Shown here: positions 1 to 12,850 of the stretch, one piece after another
How positions within the stretch are numbered: position 1 is the stretch's first letter
How the letters are laid out: every line of letters begins with the position of its first letter
Source of the DNA: Heteronotia binoei
Lineage: Eukaryota
NCBI RefSeq assembly: GCF_032191835.1
Contig: NC_083225.1
Coordinates: 83,700,001 to 83,764,000, forward strand
DNA: 64,000 nt
Direction of reading: 5' to 3'
Made by a program: the position numbers and the translations under genes
Notes under the pieces: model-generated
Seen by the model: the letters and a program-made list of their open reading frames with translations, nothing else
What the model was told of the DNA's origin: nothing
The model's database searches: none

Positions 1-2215
1 GTTGCTGTTTCCCATCAGCTGCTAAGGTTCCTTTTTCTTCTCCCCAATCCATCCTGGAAGGAGAGAGCACAAATAAGTCAGAAACAGCTTCTGTGTAATC
101 TATTGCTCTGACATTTGGGAGAAGTGTAGGGGGGTTGAAAAACAAGGTGACAACGTGCAACAGGTGCAGGATGGAACAACAGCTTGTAAAGGCTCAAAAG
201 GTCAGAATGTAACCCCAAAGCTTTTAAGGCATTGCGCAAACAATGCTATACCATTTAGGAAAGCAAATGTTTGGAAAGTTTTGGGGCATGTACATCTGGA
301 TGCAGCCTTAAAATTAGAGATTTGGAAGGGAAAGGGCATCTAGTGGAAGAAGTAGAGTTGCAGGCAGTTTGAAATGGGGATGAACAAGTAGTATCAGAAC
401 ATGTCAAGTATCCTTATATCAAGTGAGTCCATTGGTCTATCTAGTCTACTGACTGACAGTGACTCTCTGGGGTCTAAAACCAATACAGGTCTTTCTAGCA
501 CTTGCTACCTGAGATCCTTTAATGGAGACTGAGTAAGCAATCTTCTACTTGTAAAGCATGTGATCTTTCACTGAGACACAGACTTTTCAGCTGGAAAGTG
601 GACAAAATCAAATTTTACTAAGGAAGTAGGTCTTGAGAAAGTAGGTCTTAGGAAGAAAATACTAAAGTTGAAATCATTTAAAGCAGGCAGCCTGATGAAT
701 TTACTGATCACTCTTCTAGAGGAATAGTTTTCAGCAAAGCTTGATGTAAAAAAAAAATTCCCTAAAAGTGTCCTAGTGAGTCAACTCTGCAGAAAATAAG
801 TTCATTGGAAAAACTAATTTCAACAATGGAAGGCTATGATTTCTTCTCTCTCTCTCTCTCTCACTGTAGCTCCAAGGAGTTTTAGAGTGCTGAGACCATT
901 AGTTTCTTTGCTAGAAGTTTAAAAGTAAGATTAATATACTTAGACAGTATCTTAATAAGTGTGAAACCACAAGAGATTCTGTCTTTTCATATTCAGTCTG
1001 TTCAACATTTACACTCTACCTTGGGGTTTCATGTGAATTTAGAGAAGGTGAAGAAACCCTTTGAGTTTTAGCAGTAAACATGTATGAGAATAATTGGAAG
1101 ATGAATCGATTAATGTTTTAATCACAGATTAAAAATTGAAGTGTATGTACAGAACGTTAATTGGTGCCAACCTCGTGAAATGATGTTTAAGTGCCAGCCA
1201 AAGTTTATGTTGAATATATATATTTCAAATATTTTTTACTGAAATTTAAGTGCTACTTTTTAAATCACTGCACCAAATAATGCACATTTCATTAGGTATG
1301 CTACTGATGCTGCATTAATTTAATCAAAATTATTGGAACCCACATCTGCAGGGGGGCTGGCTTACAAAGTGAGGGAGCTCTGCAGCTCATGACACAGTGG
1401 TTGTATCAGAGCTCAGAGAAGTCATTTAAATTGCCACTGTTGGGAAAGTCTTAGCAAGTTTTTTTCCTGCTCTTCCAGGATCAGCTTGGAGCAGTGGTGA
1501 GGTGCCTAAGAGATTGCTTCCACTCTTTGCTCTGCTCCACTATGCTCTACTCAGCTTCCCTGTTCATCATGGCTTGGATCAGATTGGCTCATCTGTGACT
1601 CTGCTTCCATGTTGGCGGTGGGGGGGGGTGGCTTGGGGTCCTTTTCATAGGAACTAGATGCTGGCACTGGACTTCTGAGCAGGGCTCTACTAAAAGGCCA
1701 CCAGGTATTTCACTTTTCAATCAGGATCCATTAAAGGGGAAAATCTGCTGTGATTCCAGAGGCTGGTTAGGACCTGAAGCAGCTGTTTCCTTCAGCAGCT
1801 TGCATGTGGCTATACCTTGGGAGCTACATCTTGGTGCATGTGTCAGGGAACTATTGTGTTAAGGGTGCATGTATTCCAAGCTTACCTGCTTGGGCACAGA
1901 GATGCAGAGGGTAGAGATGCATAGGGGTTCTGAGCAGTTGGACACTATCAGGGCTTCCCTTTAGTGATTTGTAAGACTGCCTGGGTATTCACCTGCACCT
2001 CAAAATCCCCCAAAACATACTTGATGGCTATTATGCTGATATGTTTTTGTTTCTTATACCAGAAGGAGATGAAAGAAAGTGTGGGCCTTGATCAGATAGT
2101 CAGTGCAGCTCTAAAGTTTTAGTCATGTGTATCTTCATCAATTGGATGTCTGGTTACATGGTTTTCATGGTGGGCTTGCTGTCAGCCTATCTGAAGCATG
2201 GTTGACATTTAGTTA

Positions 2216-2486
2216 AGAAGATATTGGATTTATATCCTGCCCTCCACTCCGAAGAGTCTCAGAGCGGCTCACAATCTCCTTTACCTTCCTCCCCCACAAC
2301 AGACACCCTGTGAGGTGGGTGGGGCTGGAGAGGGCTCTCACAGCAGCTGCCCTTTCAAGAACAACCTCTGCCAGGGCTATGGCTGACCCAAGGCCATGCT
2401 AGCAGGTGCAAGTGGAGGAGTGGGGAATCAAACCCGGTTCTCCCAGATAAGAGTCCGCACACTTAACCACTACACCAAACTGGCTC
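2216..2486 (-). mobile_element. tRNA-derived SINE, Squam3/MIR(Ther1)-like
   Basis: Reverse complement starts AGCCAGTTTGGTGTAGTGGTTAAG (A box), has a B-box-like GGTTTGATTCCCC, a MIR-core-like CCTCACAGGGTGTCTGTTGTGGGG and a TTCTT-type tail. Confidence 0.85.
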
Positions 2487-3287
2487 TTAACCACATTTCA
2501 AACATTGTAAATGTCCCAACTATGGCCAGCAAAGCCACAGCTTTAGACTATTATGAGGCCTTTTGCAGAGAACGTCTCATAGTGAGATTTCCAGATGGGA
2601 TCTCATTAATGATAAGATATGGTTCGTTATACTGGTCCATAGACCTGATCCAGCCAAGGCTAGGACTGTTTTTATGTATGATACACCCCACAGGGTTTTC
2701 TGAAAGTACAATCAGGCTAAATGCAATTGCATAAAATCTAAATTTGAGCACAATAGTGATGCATGCTTTGGTCCCCATCCCAAGCCAGCTTGATCACACA
2801 ATGGCATACAGCCCTTTCAGCAGTCCTACTCCAATTCCAAAGGTAAAAACAAAGGAGAATCAGGTGTCATCTCTATCCCTGGTTTCTCAAAATAATGCTC
2901 CTGTTCTCCTAGTATGTACTCCTATCTGCCTTGAGGCCCTTGAACCATTGCTGTCATCATCATATCCTGATAGAGCCACTGCCATTTTCTTATGGAATTG
3001 TTTTGTCAAGGGTTTTCATATTCTTTTTGCCAGCCCCATATTCCTTTCACCAGATCATGAGCATTACAGATCTGCTAAGGTCCTTCTGGACATCAGAAAA
3101 AAAGTTGCTAAGTTGATAAGGTTGCTGGACCCTTTTCTTCTCCCTCCCTTGCCTAACCTTAGAGTTTCTTCCTTGGAAGTGGTTCCAAAACAAAAGCAGT
3201 GGGTGAATTTGGCTTGACACATCACCTTTCATACCCCAGAGGCTCATCAGGTAATGACGCAATCCCTCCTTTGTTCTGTTCCATCAG

Positions 3288-3293
<6 letters not shown>

Positions 3294-3350
<57 letters not shown>
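3294..3350. repeat. (TA)n microsatellite inside the Ngaro RT
   Basis: Direct reading. Confidence 0.98.
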
Positions 3351-3354
<4 letters not shown>

Positions 3355-4745
3355 ATCATGCGGTTTGCTTAGTTAAATTGTGTGGCCCAAGTGCTCTTAT
3401 GGCCAGGTGTGACATCAAGTCTGCCCAACATTTTTGCCTGTTGGGCTTTAGGCTTGATGGCCTATTGTATGTGGGTAAAAGGTAGGATGCTTGGTATTTG
3501 AGGCCTTTAGCATTTACTTGCAATTTGTGGTTAAGGGCCAAGCCAGTAGTCGTTAATTATCTAGATGATTTCTATTCATTGGTCCAGTGGAATGTGTATC
3601 ATGTCTGGCATCCAAATGATGGCATCCAAACTAGACATCCCCCTTGCCCAGGGAAAATGGAGAGCCCCCCTGTCCAGCTCACTTACCTGGACATTCTATG
3701 AGAAATTTAGGTTTCTCACACTTTCCATACAATAAATTATCAGCCCTTAAGTCTTTATTGCATCAGGTTAGTAATTATGAAAAATGCACCCTCAAAGAGA
3801 TGCAGACTTTCCTGGATAATCTCAGTTTTGTTTGTAAAGTAGTGCCCCTTGGGTAGGCTTTTTGCACACATCTAGCTCAATCCACAGGAGGGGTTTCTGC
3901 CCCTCATCACCACATTAGAATTACCCAGGCATCGAAGAGAACCTGAGGATTTGACTTCATGTTTTGGATAGGTTTAATGGGATAGCAGTTTGGCAATCCC
4001 ATTTGGAAATCTGCCATGTCATGTGATGATTCTTTACAGGTTAATTCCAATGCAGTGGGTAGCCTTGGCAGTGATTATTTGTGGTGGATATTTTCATAAT
4101 ACAGATTATGTTTTGGTGCAATAATCAGGCTGTTGTAAGCATTATTAATCAGCAGTCTTCTTGTGTTGAGTGGATGATATACCTTGTGCACAAATTTGTA
4201 CTTGGGTAATATTTCCTTCTCAGCAAAGTATGCTGCAGGTGTCAGTAACTATATATCAGACACCTCGTCTCAGTTTCAGGATGAGAGGTTTCAGAATTTG
4301 ACCCCCAGTGCATTGCAGCACCTGCATAAATTCCTGGAGGAACTGTGGAATCCTGGAAGCATATGATATTGAAGGGAGTATTCTAGTCCATTGCTCCTTC
4401 TACCTGCAGGTCTTACTCCCATACTTTCTTTGTATTTATGAATTTTATGGCTTCTTCTGGCCTTGGTTTATCTTCCCCAGTTTCAGAAATGGATATCCTT
4501 TGTTATTTGGCACCACATGGAGTGTCGCCTTTCACCTCAGACCATGGGTCTACATCTGGCAGTGATATCTTTTTATAGTAAAGTCTTGAGATTTCAAGAT
4601 CCTTGTATTTTTTTCATTGCCTTGTGAGGTATTGAGAAGTAAAAGTAGGCATTAGCTCCTGTCCCTGCAGACCTGTTATATTGGAATTGCTTTGCAGCAT
4701 CGCCAAGCAATTCTCAGGATTGTTGGTCCATATTTGAGGTCAACC

Positions 4746-5025
4746 CAAGGCTTTTTTGTAGAAAAAGCCCTGAAGGAAGTCATTTGCATATTAGGCCACA
4801 CCCCCTGAAATCAGCATTGTTTCACACAGGGCTTTTTGTTGAAAAAGCCCAGAAGAAATTCATTTGCATACTAGGCAATACCCCCTGACATCACCATTGT
4901 TTCACACAGGGGTTTTTTTGTTGGAAAAGCCCAGCAGGAGCTCATTTGCATATTAGGCCACACCCCCTGATGCAAAGCCAGCCAGAACTGTGTTCCTGTG
5001 CCTTCCTGTTCAAGAAAAAGCCCTG
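4746..5025. mobile_element. hAT-type MITE with three ~83-bp internal repeats
   Basis: TIRs CAAGGCTTTTTTGT / AAGAAAAAGCCCTG. 8-bp TSD GGTCAACC at 4738-4745 and 5026-5033. Each unit contains ATTTGCAT. Confidence 0.9.
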
Positions 5026-5533
5026 GGTCAACCTATTTAAGACAATCTTTACTTCGTCCTCTCTCTTTTTGGCTTTCTGCAGCAGCAAGCTATGTGAGCC
5101 TTCTTGTGGCATGAATGCTGGCTGGTCCCTTTCTTTCAATGATATCAGCTTCTATGAACTTCAAATATTGTTATGTCAATCTAAAACTGACCAACAGGGA
5201 AAAGGTTCCAAAATTTCATTACACTTTCCCCCTGGGGTGCCCTGCCCAGTTCACTGTATGGCTGATTACCTGGCCATTAGGCCACATGTAGTAGGTTTAT
5301 TTCTCATAAATCCCAATGGGCTCCTTCCTGTCCAGAAATTCCAGTTCACTAGTGTTCTTCACAAGTGTATTACAGCCCTAGGCCTCTCTCCCTCTGAATT
5401 TGGCACCCACTCATTCCACATAGGTGCTGTCACTGTGGCTACTAGCATTGGGCTTCTACATGATAAGATCTGGACCATTGGACACCGGCATTCTGCTGCA
5501 TACCAGTCATACATATGCTTTCAGACCAACTGA
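4946..5533 (+). pseudogene. Tyrosine recombinase remnant of Ngaro (N-terminal part of the ORF call runs through a MITE)
   Basis: CPVHCMADYLAIRP, GTHSFHIGA and terminal Y match DIRS/Ngaro YR motifs (HSFRIGAA). Confidence 0.8.
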
Positions 5534-6740
5534 AATGTTTTATCTGTTATAATCTTAGTTTGCATAGGTTGTCTTAAATCAGCTTGGATCGTTGGACATA
5601 GTATTGTCTTCTGGGTCAGGGAATTCTCAATTTCTTTGTGAATCACTTGGGCTAAATGAACAGCTTCATATCACCTTTCTAGGGCACAGAGAAATGCATT
5701 GGGTTTCCCCTTGGATACTGTCTTAAACTATGGTCTACTAAACTTGATGCAATAATTATACATTTTGGGGGAAATTACTTACCTGCTCAAAAAAGCAATT
5801 GAGCTACACCAAGCAATAATGTTGGACTAAAGTTCCTCACTGCACATCTGCCACACACAAAGCTGTTTTGGTCAGAGCTGCTTGAATGTCATGATTGGTG
5901 TGGTGCCATCAACCTGGAGAAAGCAGATTTGTCCAGAAGAAAGCTCTGCAAGTGTGTAGGTAGGATCATCAAGTCTGGTTTTCCCCGTTAAAGTTGGGAA
6001 CGCAGACATTTCTTTTTTTATGTTTGGCTTTATTCAGGGCAGATGAGGTTCATCTTTTGGAATGGGGGGGTGCATGCTTGGGATGGCTTGCTTTATTGGT
6101 TGCAGGCTTAAGTGCTTTTGTAGGAGCAAAGGGGGTTCTCTTGTGGTTGTTTGGGCATTAGTACTGATCATTTTGGGGGGAGACAGGCCTGCATATCCAC
6201 CTTCCCTTAAGGGGTCTTGGGGGTTGAGCCAGAATGTAGCATGCCCAGCTCAGGGGCTGTCTGCAGTCTCACCACAAGGGAAGGTGGCAAGGGAAGTCAC
6301 ACAGCTGTACCTACCCATGTGGTCTCCACTATTTTGTCACTCCATGATTACTATCCCCTGCAAGTGAGCTCTGGGGGATGGTTTTCCCTGTGGCAAGTGG
6401 GTTGTCTAATGCTGGGATTCATACCCATGCTGAGCCAGTGCTCCTTGGACTGTAATCAGTAAAGCTGTAACCATTTCCTTCCACAAATTATTGTTGTGTA
6501 CTTACTCTGCATGTTCTTTCCATATTTGGCCATGGGCATCCAAACACTGAGTTGTACAGGATATCCAGTGGTCTAACAGTTGATCAGTGATCTGTATCTA
6601 ATTCCTTGAAGCACAGAGGAACATCTAGTGGAGTGGCTTCTATCTCAGCCTTGCTACCTGATCTCCTTTAGCAGACTGTGCCATGGATTATTTATTTACT
6701 TCATATTTTTTTCATTCTTCTTTTCTCCTTATTAGGGTTC

Positions 6741-7005
6741 TGTTATGTATTGAACATAAGCTGTGTACCGCATGGCGATAGCTGCTAAAGGCGACCTACG
6801 GGTCCCCGGATGTGGCTCACCAGATGCCCCGCCCATCAAGATCTACGGCAGGAAGTTTGACTGGCCAGGATTGGTCTGGTCAGTCGAGGGGGCTGTTCCG
6901 GGTAATATATATAAGCGGGACCCAGCCCGCATGCTCTCTCTCTTGTAATGTACCACCGAATAAAGCATGTTGCCTTCAACTCGTCTCGCGACTCAGTACA
7001 TTACA
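6741..7005 (+). mobile_element. Solo LTR (Gypsy-like)
   Basis: TGTTATG...ATTACA ends, TATATAA and AATAAA inside, 5-bp TSD GGTTC (6736-6740, 7006-7010). CpG-rich, so probably young. Confidence 0.85.
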
Positions 7006-7347
7006 GGTTCAATTATAAAACTATATTTTTAACAAATTTACAAAAAAATAAAAAAGACAAAAAAGTAAACAAGACATCCTGGGTTAATGTCTACCAGATT
7101 AATCTATCTAGCCAAACACTCTTTCATCAAAGGGTTTACATTCCTATCCATACTCAGGCCTTAAACACTAGCAGAAGAGAAAGAAAAACACTCAGCCTAG
7201 ATGTTTCAAACTGGCAGACATCTTCACTTAATTCCTCCTCCTGCTAACAAAGACTGGCCATGCACAGGCTACAAATGCTGGCAGTAGGAAAGAGGAAAAC
7301 ACTTAGCTTCTGAGAAATTCTGTGGGGCTCTAATGATCAGTTGCGGG

Positions 7348-7466
7348 TAGGGTTGCCATATCTAGCTGGGACCTCGTCGGGACAAAATTGGGTCTTGTCG
7401 GGATGTTGGGACAAGAAGGTCCATAATGGTGATGGTTCCAATATATCGGGATGGATGGCAACCCTA
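7348..7466. mobile_element. hAT (Tip100-like) MITE, copy 1
   Basis: Perfect 11-bp TIRs TAGGGTTGCCA / TGGCAACCCTA. No TSD on its own two flanks. Confidence 0.9.
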
Positions 7467-7689
7467 TGTTCACCAAGGAATTCCCAGTATGAATCATCTA
7501 ATGGGTCTTGTCCAAGATCAACTTTTCCCAGGCATCCCACCTTCTTTATTCCAACAGCATCTTCAATCTATTAAATCTACAGACTATTCACTAATGCCAG
7601 GCATGCTAAACACTGAAACAGGCAATATGTTTGTTAACTTATTTCTTTATGTACTTTATTTATAGTCTGCCTTTCATAAATGGCAGTTC

Positions 7690-7925
7690 TCTGCTTAGTA
7701 CATTACTTAGTACATTTTTATCCCACCCTTCTTCCAAGGAACTAAGCCTAACTTTATCCCTGCTTCTGTTTTATCCTCACAACAACCCTGTAATGTAGGC
7801 TGGACAGAGAGAAAGAGAGAGAGAGAAAGAGTGTGTGACTGGCCATTTAGCAAGCGTCTATGGGAGAGTGAAGACCTGAATCTGTGTCTCCCTAGTTTGA
7901 GACACTAACTGCTGCACCGCACCAA
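7690..7925 (-). mobile_element. Degenerate MIR/Squam3-like SINE
   Basis: TTTTATCCTCACAACAACCCTGTAATGTAGG core and a decayed tRNA head (CTAACTGCTGCACCGCACC). Confidence 0.65.
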
Positions 7926-9199
7926 CTCTATCATATCAAACACCATAAGGAGGATATTTTGCCTTTATTCCCCAAGGACAAAGAGTCAACACACAGGCCC
8001 CTTTCAAAGAAGTCTGTTGGAAATTGGAAGGATGATGATGATCAATGAGAACAGGCAGCTGCTGGGAGTTAGGGGAGCTACAATTTCCTAGAAGCCAGAG
8101 AAATTGAATCACTCATTCCAGTGACAAATGAAGGACTTGGGGAGACTTCAGCCTGACAAACCAAGCTTTGCTCAGCCCTGGAGAATATTCTGCTAAGAGT
8201 GCCATTTCTGAGACTTTCACCTTTGCAAACCTTTCCCTCTTCATCCTCTCATACCACAATTGTTGTGGATAAGATGGGCGTTTTGACTAAGAACCAAGAA
8301 CTGATAAGGATCAGGGCCACGACACTGGGATTGTGGGAGGAGGGGAGCTGTTTCCCCAACTGATTATTCCCACATACTGTTTCCCCTCACTGCTTTAATG
8401 GGGGAGGGAGAGACCATCACTTATGGTCTGAGGTTTCTTTACCATCTTTCCCCCAGGGTTGCTCTTCAGCACTAAAAAACACCCCAAGTTGGATAACTGA
8501 ACCACAGAATTCTGCAAGACACACATTTGCCCCGACTCTTCCAGTGACATCCAGGATAGAAGAAGCCTTGGAATCCAGGTCTTTGGAGGAAGGGCTGCAA
8601 TGCTCCAGATGCTTTTAATGTCTTAACATTCCTTCCTGTGCATCTTCATAAACAACGGCTTAAAATCTTTATGCCAGGGTATATAAATCAGACCAGACTA
8701 GGTGGCCTCATCACTTACCAGGGACAGAAAAGATGTTAGGCCAGCTGTACTTTGACGATCTCAATCTCTCTGGTCTGATTTCTTTTTTCTTTGGAGTATT
8801 CTGGAAATTCTTTCTTTCTTTCTTTGGTCTCTCCCACAATAGAAAAAATGAAAGGCCTGCCAATGCCTCCCAATTCTAATCCAGACTGCATTTGTCACCA
8901 TGATTTTTGCCTCTCCCCTTTTCTCTTCAACAGCTGACTCTAAGACTGGAAGCTCTTGGGGGCAGAGACCTGACTGTTTTGCTTATGTTATATCCAGTGA
9001 TTTGACCCTTGAGAGCATCTTAAACATCATTCGCTCTCTCCACAGGGCAAACTGAGGCCCCTCGGCTTCTGACACTGAAGTGTCTCTATAGCACTTCCTT
9101 GAAGCTGAGCCCTTATAGTGGGGCTGGCCAGATCAGGCTTTAAGCCCCTTTTGAAGTAACCTGGGTAACCTGGACCAACCAGCTACTCTCTCCTAACCT

Positions 9200-9943
9200 T
9201 ACCTGCTGAGAATAAAACGCGGGGGAGTGGGCTAATATACACCACCCTGAGCTTCTGAGAAGGAGGAATAAAAGGGTAACAGGAAAAAGATTTTCTATCC
9301 CTAGTCCGGACACAAATTCCGGGGGGGGGGGGGTGGAGAGGAGAAATGCCTTGCGGGCAGCACCCCCTCCTTCCCTCCCAAGGTGTCTTGTGGTTGTGGC
9401 ACTTCACAGAGTGATGGCGGCAGGCGCTTTGGTGGCCGCATCCCTGGGCAGCACCTTCTCTGGTCTGGGGCCCTCTCGGCAGCAACCACATCAGGAAGGC
9501 GACCATTCCCTCTCCCCTTTTTACAACTGGAAAACAGAGCCCAAGAGAGCCACTGCCAGCTGAGACTGGGTCCCAAGCCCGCACTCGCTCCCTCCCAACC
9601 AGCTTAGGACTTAGCAGCGCCGCCGCCGCTCTCTCTGCAGCACTGAGCCGCTCCTCCCCAGTTGCTCTGCTCCAGCCCGGACCAGCCGCCCAACCCGCGC
9701 CTCAGTCGAGCACAGCAGGTGCTTCCCCTGCTGGCCATGGAAGCAGCGCCTTCCCAGCCTGGCCTCGACCGAAACCGCCCTTTCCCGCCAGGAAGTTTCC
9801 AGGCAACGGCTTGTGGCCCCCTAAGCTTTCTTGTGCCCAGGACCCAGACCAGCCTCTTCTAAAAACCCACGGCACTGACCCTCCTCAGAGTGGAGCCCTC
9901 CAATGGGAAAAGCGCCTCACGCACACCCTCCCCGCAGGAACAC
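9200..9943. promoter_or_regulatory. GC/CpG-rich island, candidate promoter and first exon (probably minus-strand transcript)
   Basis: CpG-dense against an AT-rich background. E2F-like TTTCCCGCC (9781-9789), ETS GGAAGT (9791-9796), RFX X-box-like GTTTCCAGGCAAC (9795-9807), CCAAT at ~9900, (GCC)n tract. Strong minus-strand donor CAG|GTAAGG at ~9201. Confidence 0.55.
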
Positions 9944-10056
9944 GTTGCCATATCTAGCTGGGACCGTCGGGACAAAATTGGGTCTTGTCGGGATGTCGGG
10001 ACAAGAAGGTCCATAACGGTGACGGTCCCGATATATCTGGACGGATGGCAACCCTA
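9944..10056. mobile_element. hAT (Tip100-like) MITE, copy 2, left TIR truncated
   Basis: Direct repeat of 7352-7466. Right TIR TGGCAACCCTA is intact; the left end lacks TAGG. Confidence 0.9.
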
Positions 10057-12850
10057 GTTGTGGGTCTGCTCCTTTAACTGAAATGGCCTAAAAACCAACT
10101 TTTCATACTTTATCTCATGTGTAAACATTTTCTCTGGGCAGCTGCATTTGTCATCTTTGGGGGAGGGGGACGTTATTTCAAAACAGATAAACTTAAGTTG
10201 CCTTCAGCCAAGAAGAAAAAGGAGGCATAAATAATTGCATGTATGAATGAATGAATAAATGAATCAATTAAACTTTCCAATTGTGTAGTATATTATTTTT
10301 ATGAGAAGGAAACTGAACAGCAAACAATTCCAATCAGCAATTTTAACTATATTTTTAACTATGTACACTATGTACATTACTCTACATATAAATGTAGCAT
10401 GCAGATAATTCATTATTTTGGATTTTTTATGATATCTCCATTAGCACTAGAATCCTATTAAAATCTTCATATCCACAGAACAGGTGAAAAAGTCAGCATG
10501 GATATTGTATATGTTTACAAAAAAGTAGAGGGAAGCTGTCAAAGCCATTTGTTAGCTCATTGGCTTTCTCCACTGTCTAGGAAAGCACATGGTTTTAGCA
10601 GATGCCATGTCAAATTAAAGGAACAACTTTCAGTAATAAGCATATTACACTTGGCAAAAAAATTGTTTATTAATCAATATGTCAGTTTTACTGTGTATTT
10701 ATACTTTCAGACATAATGATAAACTGCAAACAATGGTAAATCCCCCCCCCAATAAATAAAAATGTTTTAGGTACTTGGACAGAACCAGTGCAATTAAAAA
10801 AAAATTAGCATCCTCTCTCTGCACCAATCAGTTCACAAGCTATTTTTGAAAATCACCTCTGTTTCAAATGTGGTTTATCATATGTGGCATTGACATATTA
10901 GACTTCTGTTCAAGAACCACGAGCCTGAGGTGCAATTAGATACATGTAAGTATTTGTGCAGTTTTTAAAATCCTGACCAGTACATTATTTTCTTTTGAGG
11001 AACATTTGAATTTGAATGCTTCCTTGGTCTCCACCTATGAACAATATTTCTCTATGGATGATTTTTCATTATATTCTCATAGAGGAAATTTATTTTATAG
11101 AGCAATCTAAATCACATTTACTACTCAGAAGTAAATCCCACTAGTTTCATGGGATTTGCTTCTAAATAAGTATATCACAATTACAGCCTTTGTCTGAATT
11201 TTTATATTTGTACTATATATATTATAATATATTACACATTATTTTTCATTTTAATTATTGTATTACTATTACATTCTTTCATTTTTTATTTTATTTTGTA
11301 TTGTTTTTTAACAAATGGCTATAAGCTGTGAGCAGCCTTGAGCCTACTTGAGGAGTAGGACGGGGTATAAATGGAATATAATTGATTAATTAATCATGTG
11401 CTACTACCTAGAAGGCACAAACAGAATATTTTAGGGTTTTTTTTTAAACTATACTACAGAATGCTGTCTACTATTCAAGTGTGTTGAGATTGACAGTTCA
11501 TTTGTAGTTGTTCTTCTACCTCACACACAGACACTATGTGTAGAAGGGAATCCCAGAGCTGAGAAATGCTAGATGCAAAATGGGAAATCCTTATTTGAAT
11601 AACATTATAGAACATACTCAAAAGCAATGTTCCAGAAATCAGGGGAGATGTTCAAATAAATGAAGGATGTCCCAGTTCAGATGCTATATTGTACATGCAA
11701 CTATAGGGAAAATGTACACAGTACTGAGATCTTTCCCTAAATTTACCACACACAGAAGTACAGGGGGAAAGTATCTTAGTACCTTCGCCCCAAAGTAGTT
11801 TATTTATCTGTAACCACTGATTTATCTGATGTATCAGTGAGATTTTTTTCAAATACATATGGAACTCCTGTGTACATATAGTACTTATAATATTTATAAT
11901 ATTGTTTTTGCATTTGCTTTTCTGATATTAACCTCTGCTTCTGCTGATGGTGGCAGAACTAGATATGAATGGATTACCTTCATTTTATTCTTTTATCATC
12001 CCATAGTCTCATTTTGCCCAGCATTGCAGTCTCCCTTAATTACAATTTGAAAAGAGCTTTGACTCTTGAAAGTTTATAATCTGAAAATCTTGTTGGTCTC
12101 TAAGCTAATGGACTCAAAACTAGTTCTTCTTAAATTACTTTGTCTAAGGAAATTTCTAACATTTATTCCAAGGTTGGAATATGACATTTTCTGCAGTTTT
12201 CAGTTCCCTCATTTCATGTTTATTTCATGTTAAGTCCATTTCGCACTGTGTTACTGATGTGCATTAATTAAACATTGCAAAAAAAAAAAGCATTTTTGAT
12301 GTAAGCATAGATTAATGTAATGTTTTATTGATACATAAAGTCTTGTGTTTATGGATACATAAAGTCAAAGTCTACACAAAATAATACTGATACAATCACA
12401 CATTCTATTGTATCAGTATTGCTTTTTCACAGAATACAAAGTGCTAATGTGCAATGGTAAACCATTGTACAGTATATTGGGTTAAAATCATAGACAATTG
12501 CATCAAGTTTGTACTGTTTTTTCTACTAACACATGCATTTTTTATTATTCTAATACTAATAAATTAATATAATAGATTATGTCTCCCTTCCTCCTTCTTA
12601 CCTCTGGAATGTGTAAATTAAAGGAAATGACATTCTTTATTGCAATAGTGGTAGGGCGACATCTCTCCTCCCCACCCCCCAGATTAGTAGCTTTCTTTTT
12701 CTCCCTTTTGTCTCCCTCTCAGCCCCATTTCAATTGCAGTTGGCAGCAAATCCTCTTGCTACATCATAGGAAAGTAAGAGGGCATTTAGAAATGGCACTT
12801 GAATATTTGGTCTTTGTGTTTTTTTGTTGTGGTGGTTCTTGGCATATGTG

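Larger units (their letters stand above)
2600..6520 (+). mobile_element. Degenerate Ngaro-type tyrosine-recombinase retrotransposon (RT, YR, SGNH hydrolase remnants)
   Basis: RT motifs LRVSSLEVVPK (~3160), FDHAVCLVKLCGPSALMARCDIKSA (~3350) and YLDDF (~3558). YR C-terminus SKTDQQGKG...GTHSFHIGA...YQSYI (5040-5530). SGNH block I WIVGHSIVFW at ~5586. Many stops and frameshifts; termini not resolved. Confidence 0.85.

Noticed and set aside
8720-8830. Minus-strand coding exon (RPKKERKNFQ...KYSWPNIFSVP) with a GTAAGT donor
   Set aside because: The donor is good but the acceptor is weak. Its open frame does not match the phase of the 9201 donor, and I do not recognise the peptide. It may still be a UTR exon.
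9183-9607. ORFs in the CpG island as a protein-coding first exon
   Set aside because: Open frames are expected in GC-rich DNA; no recognisable protein and no phase-compatible next exon found.
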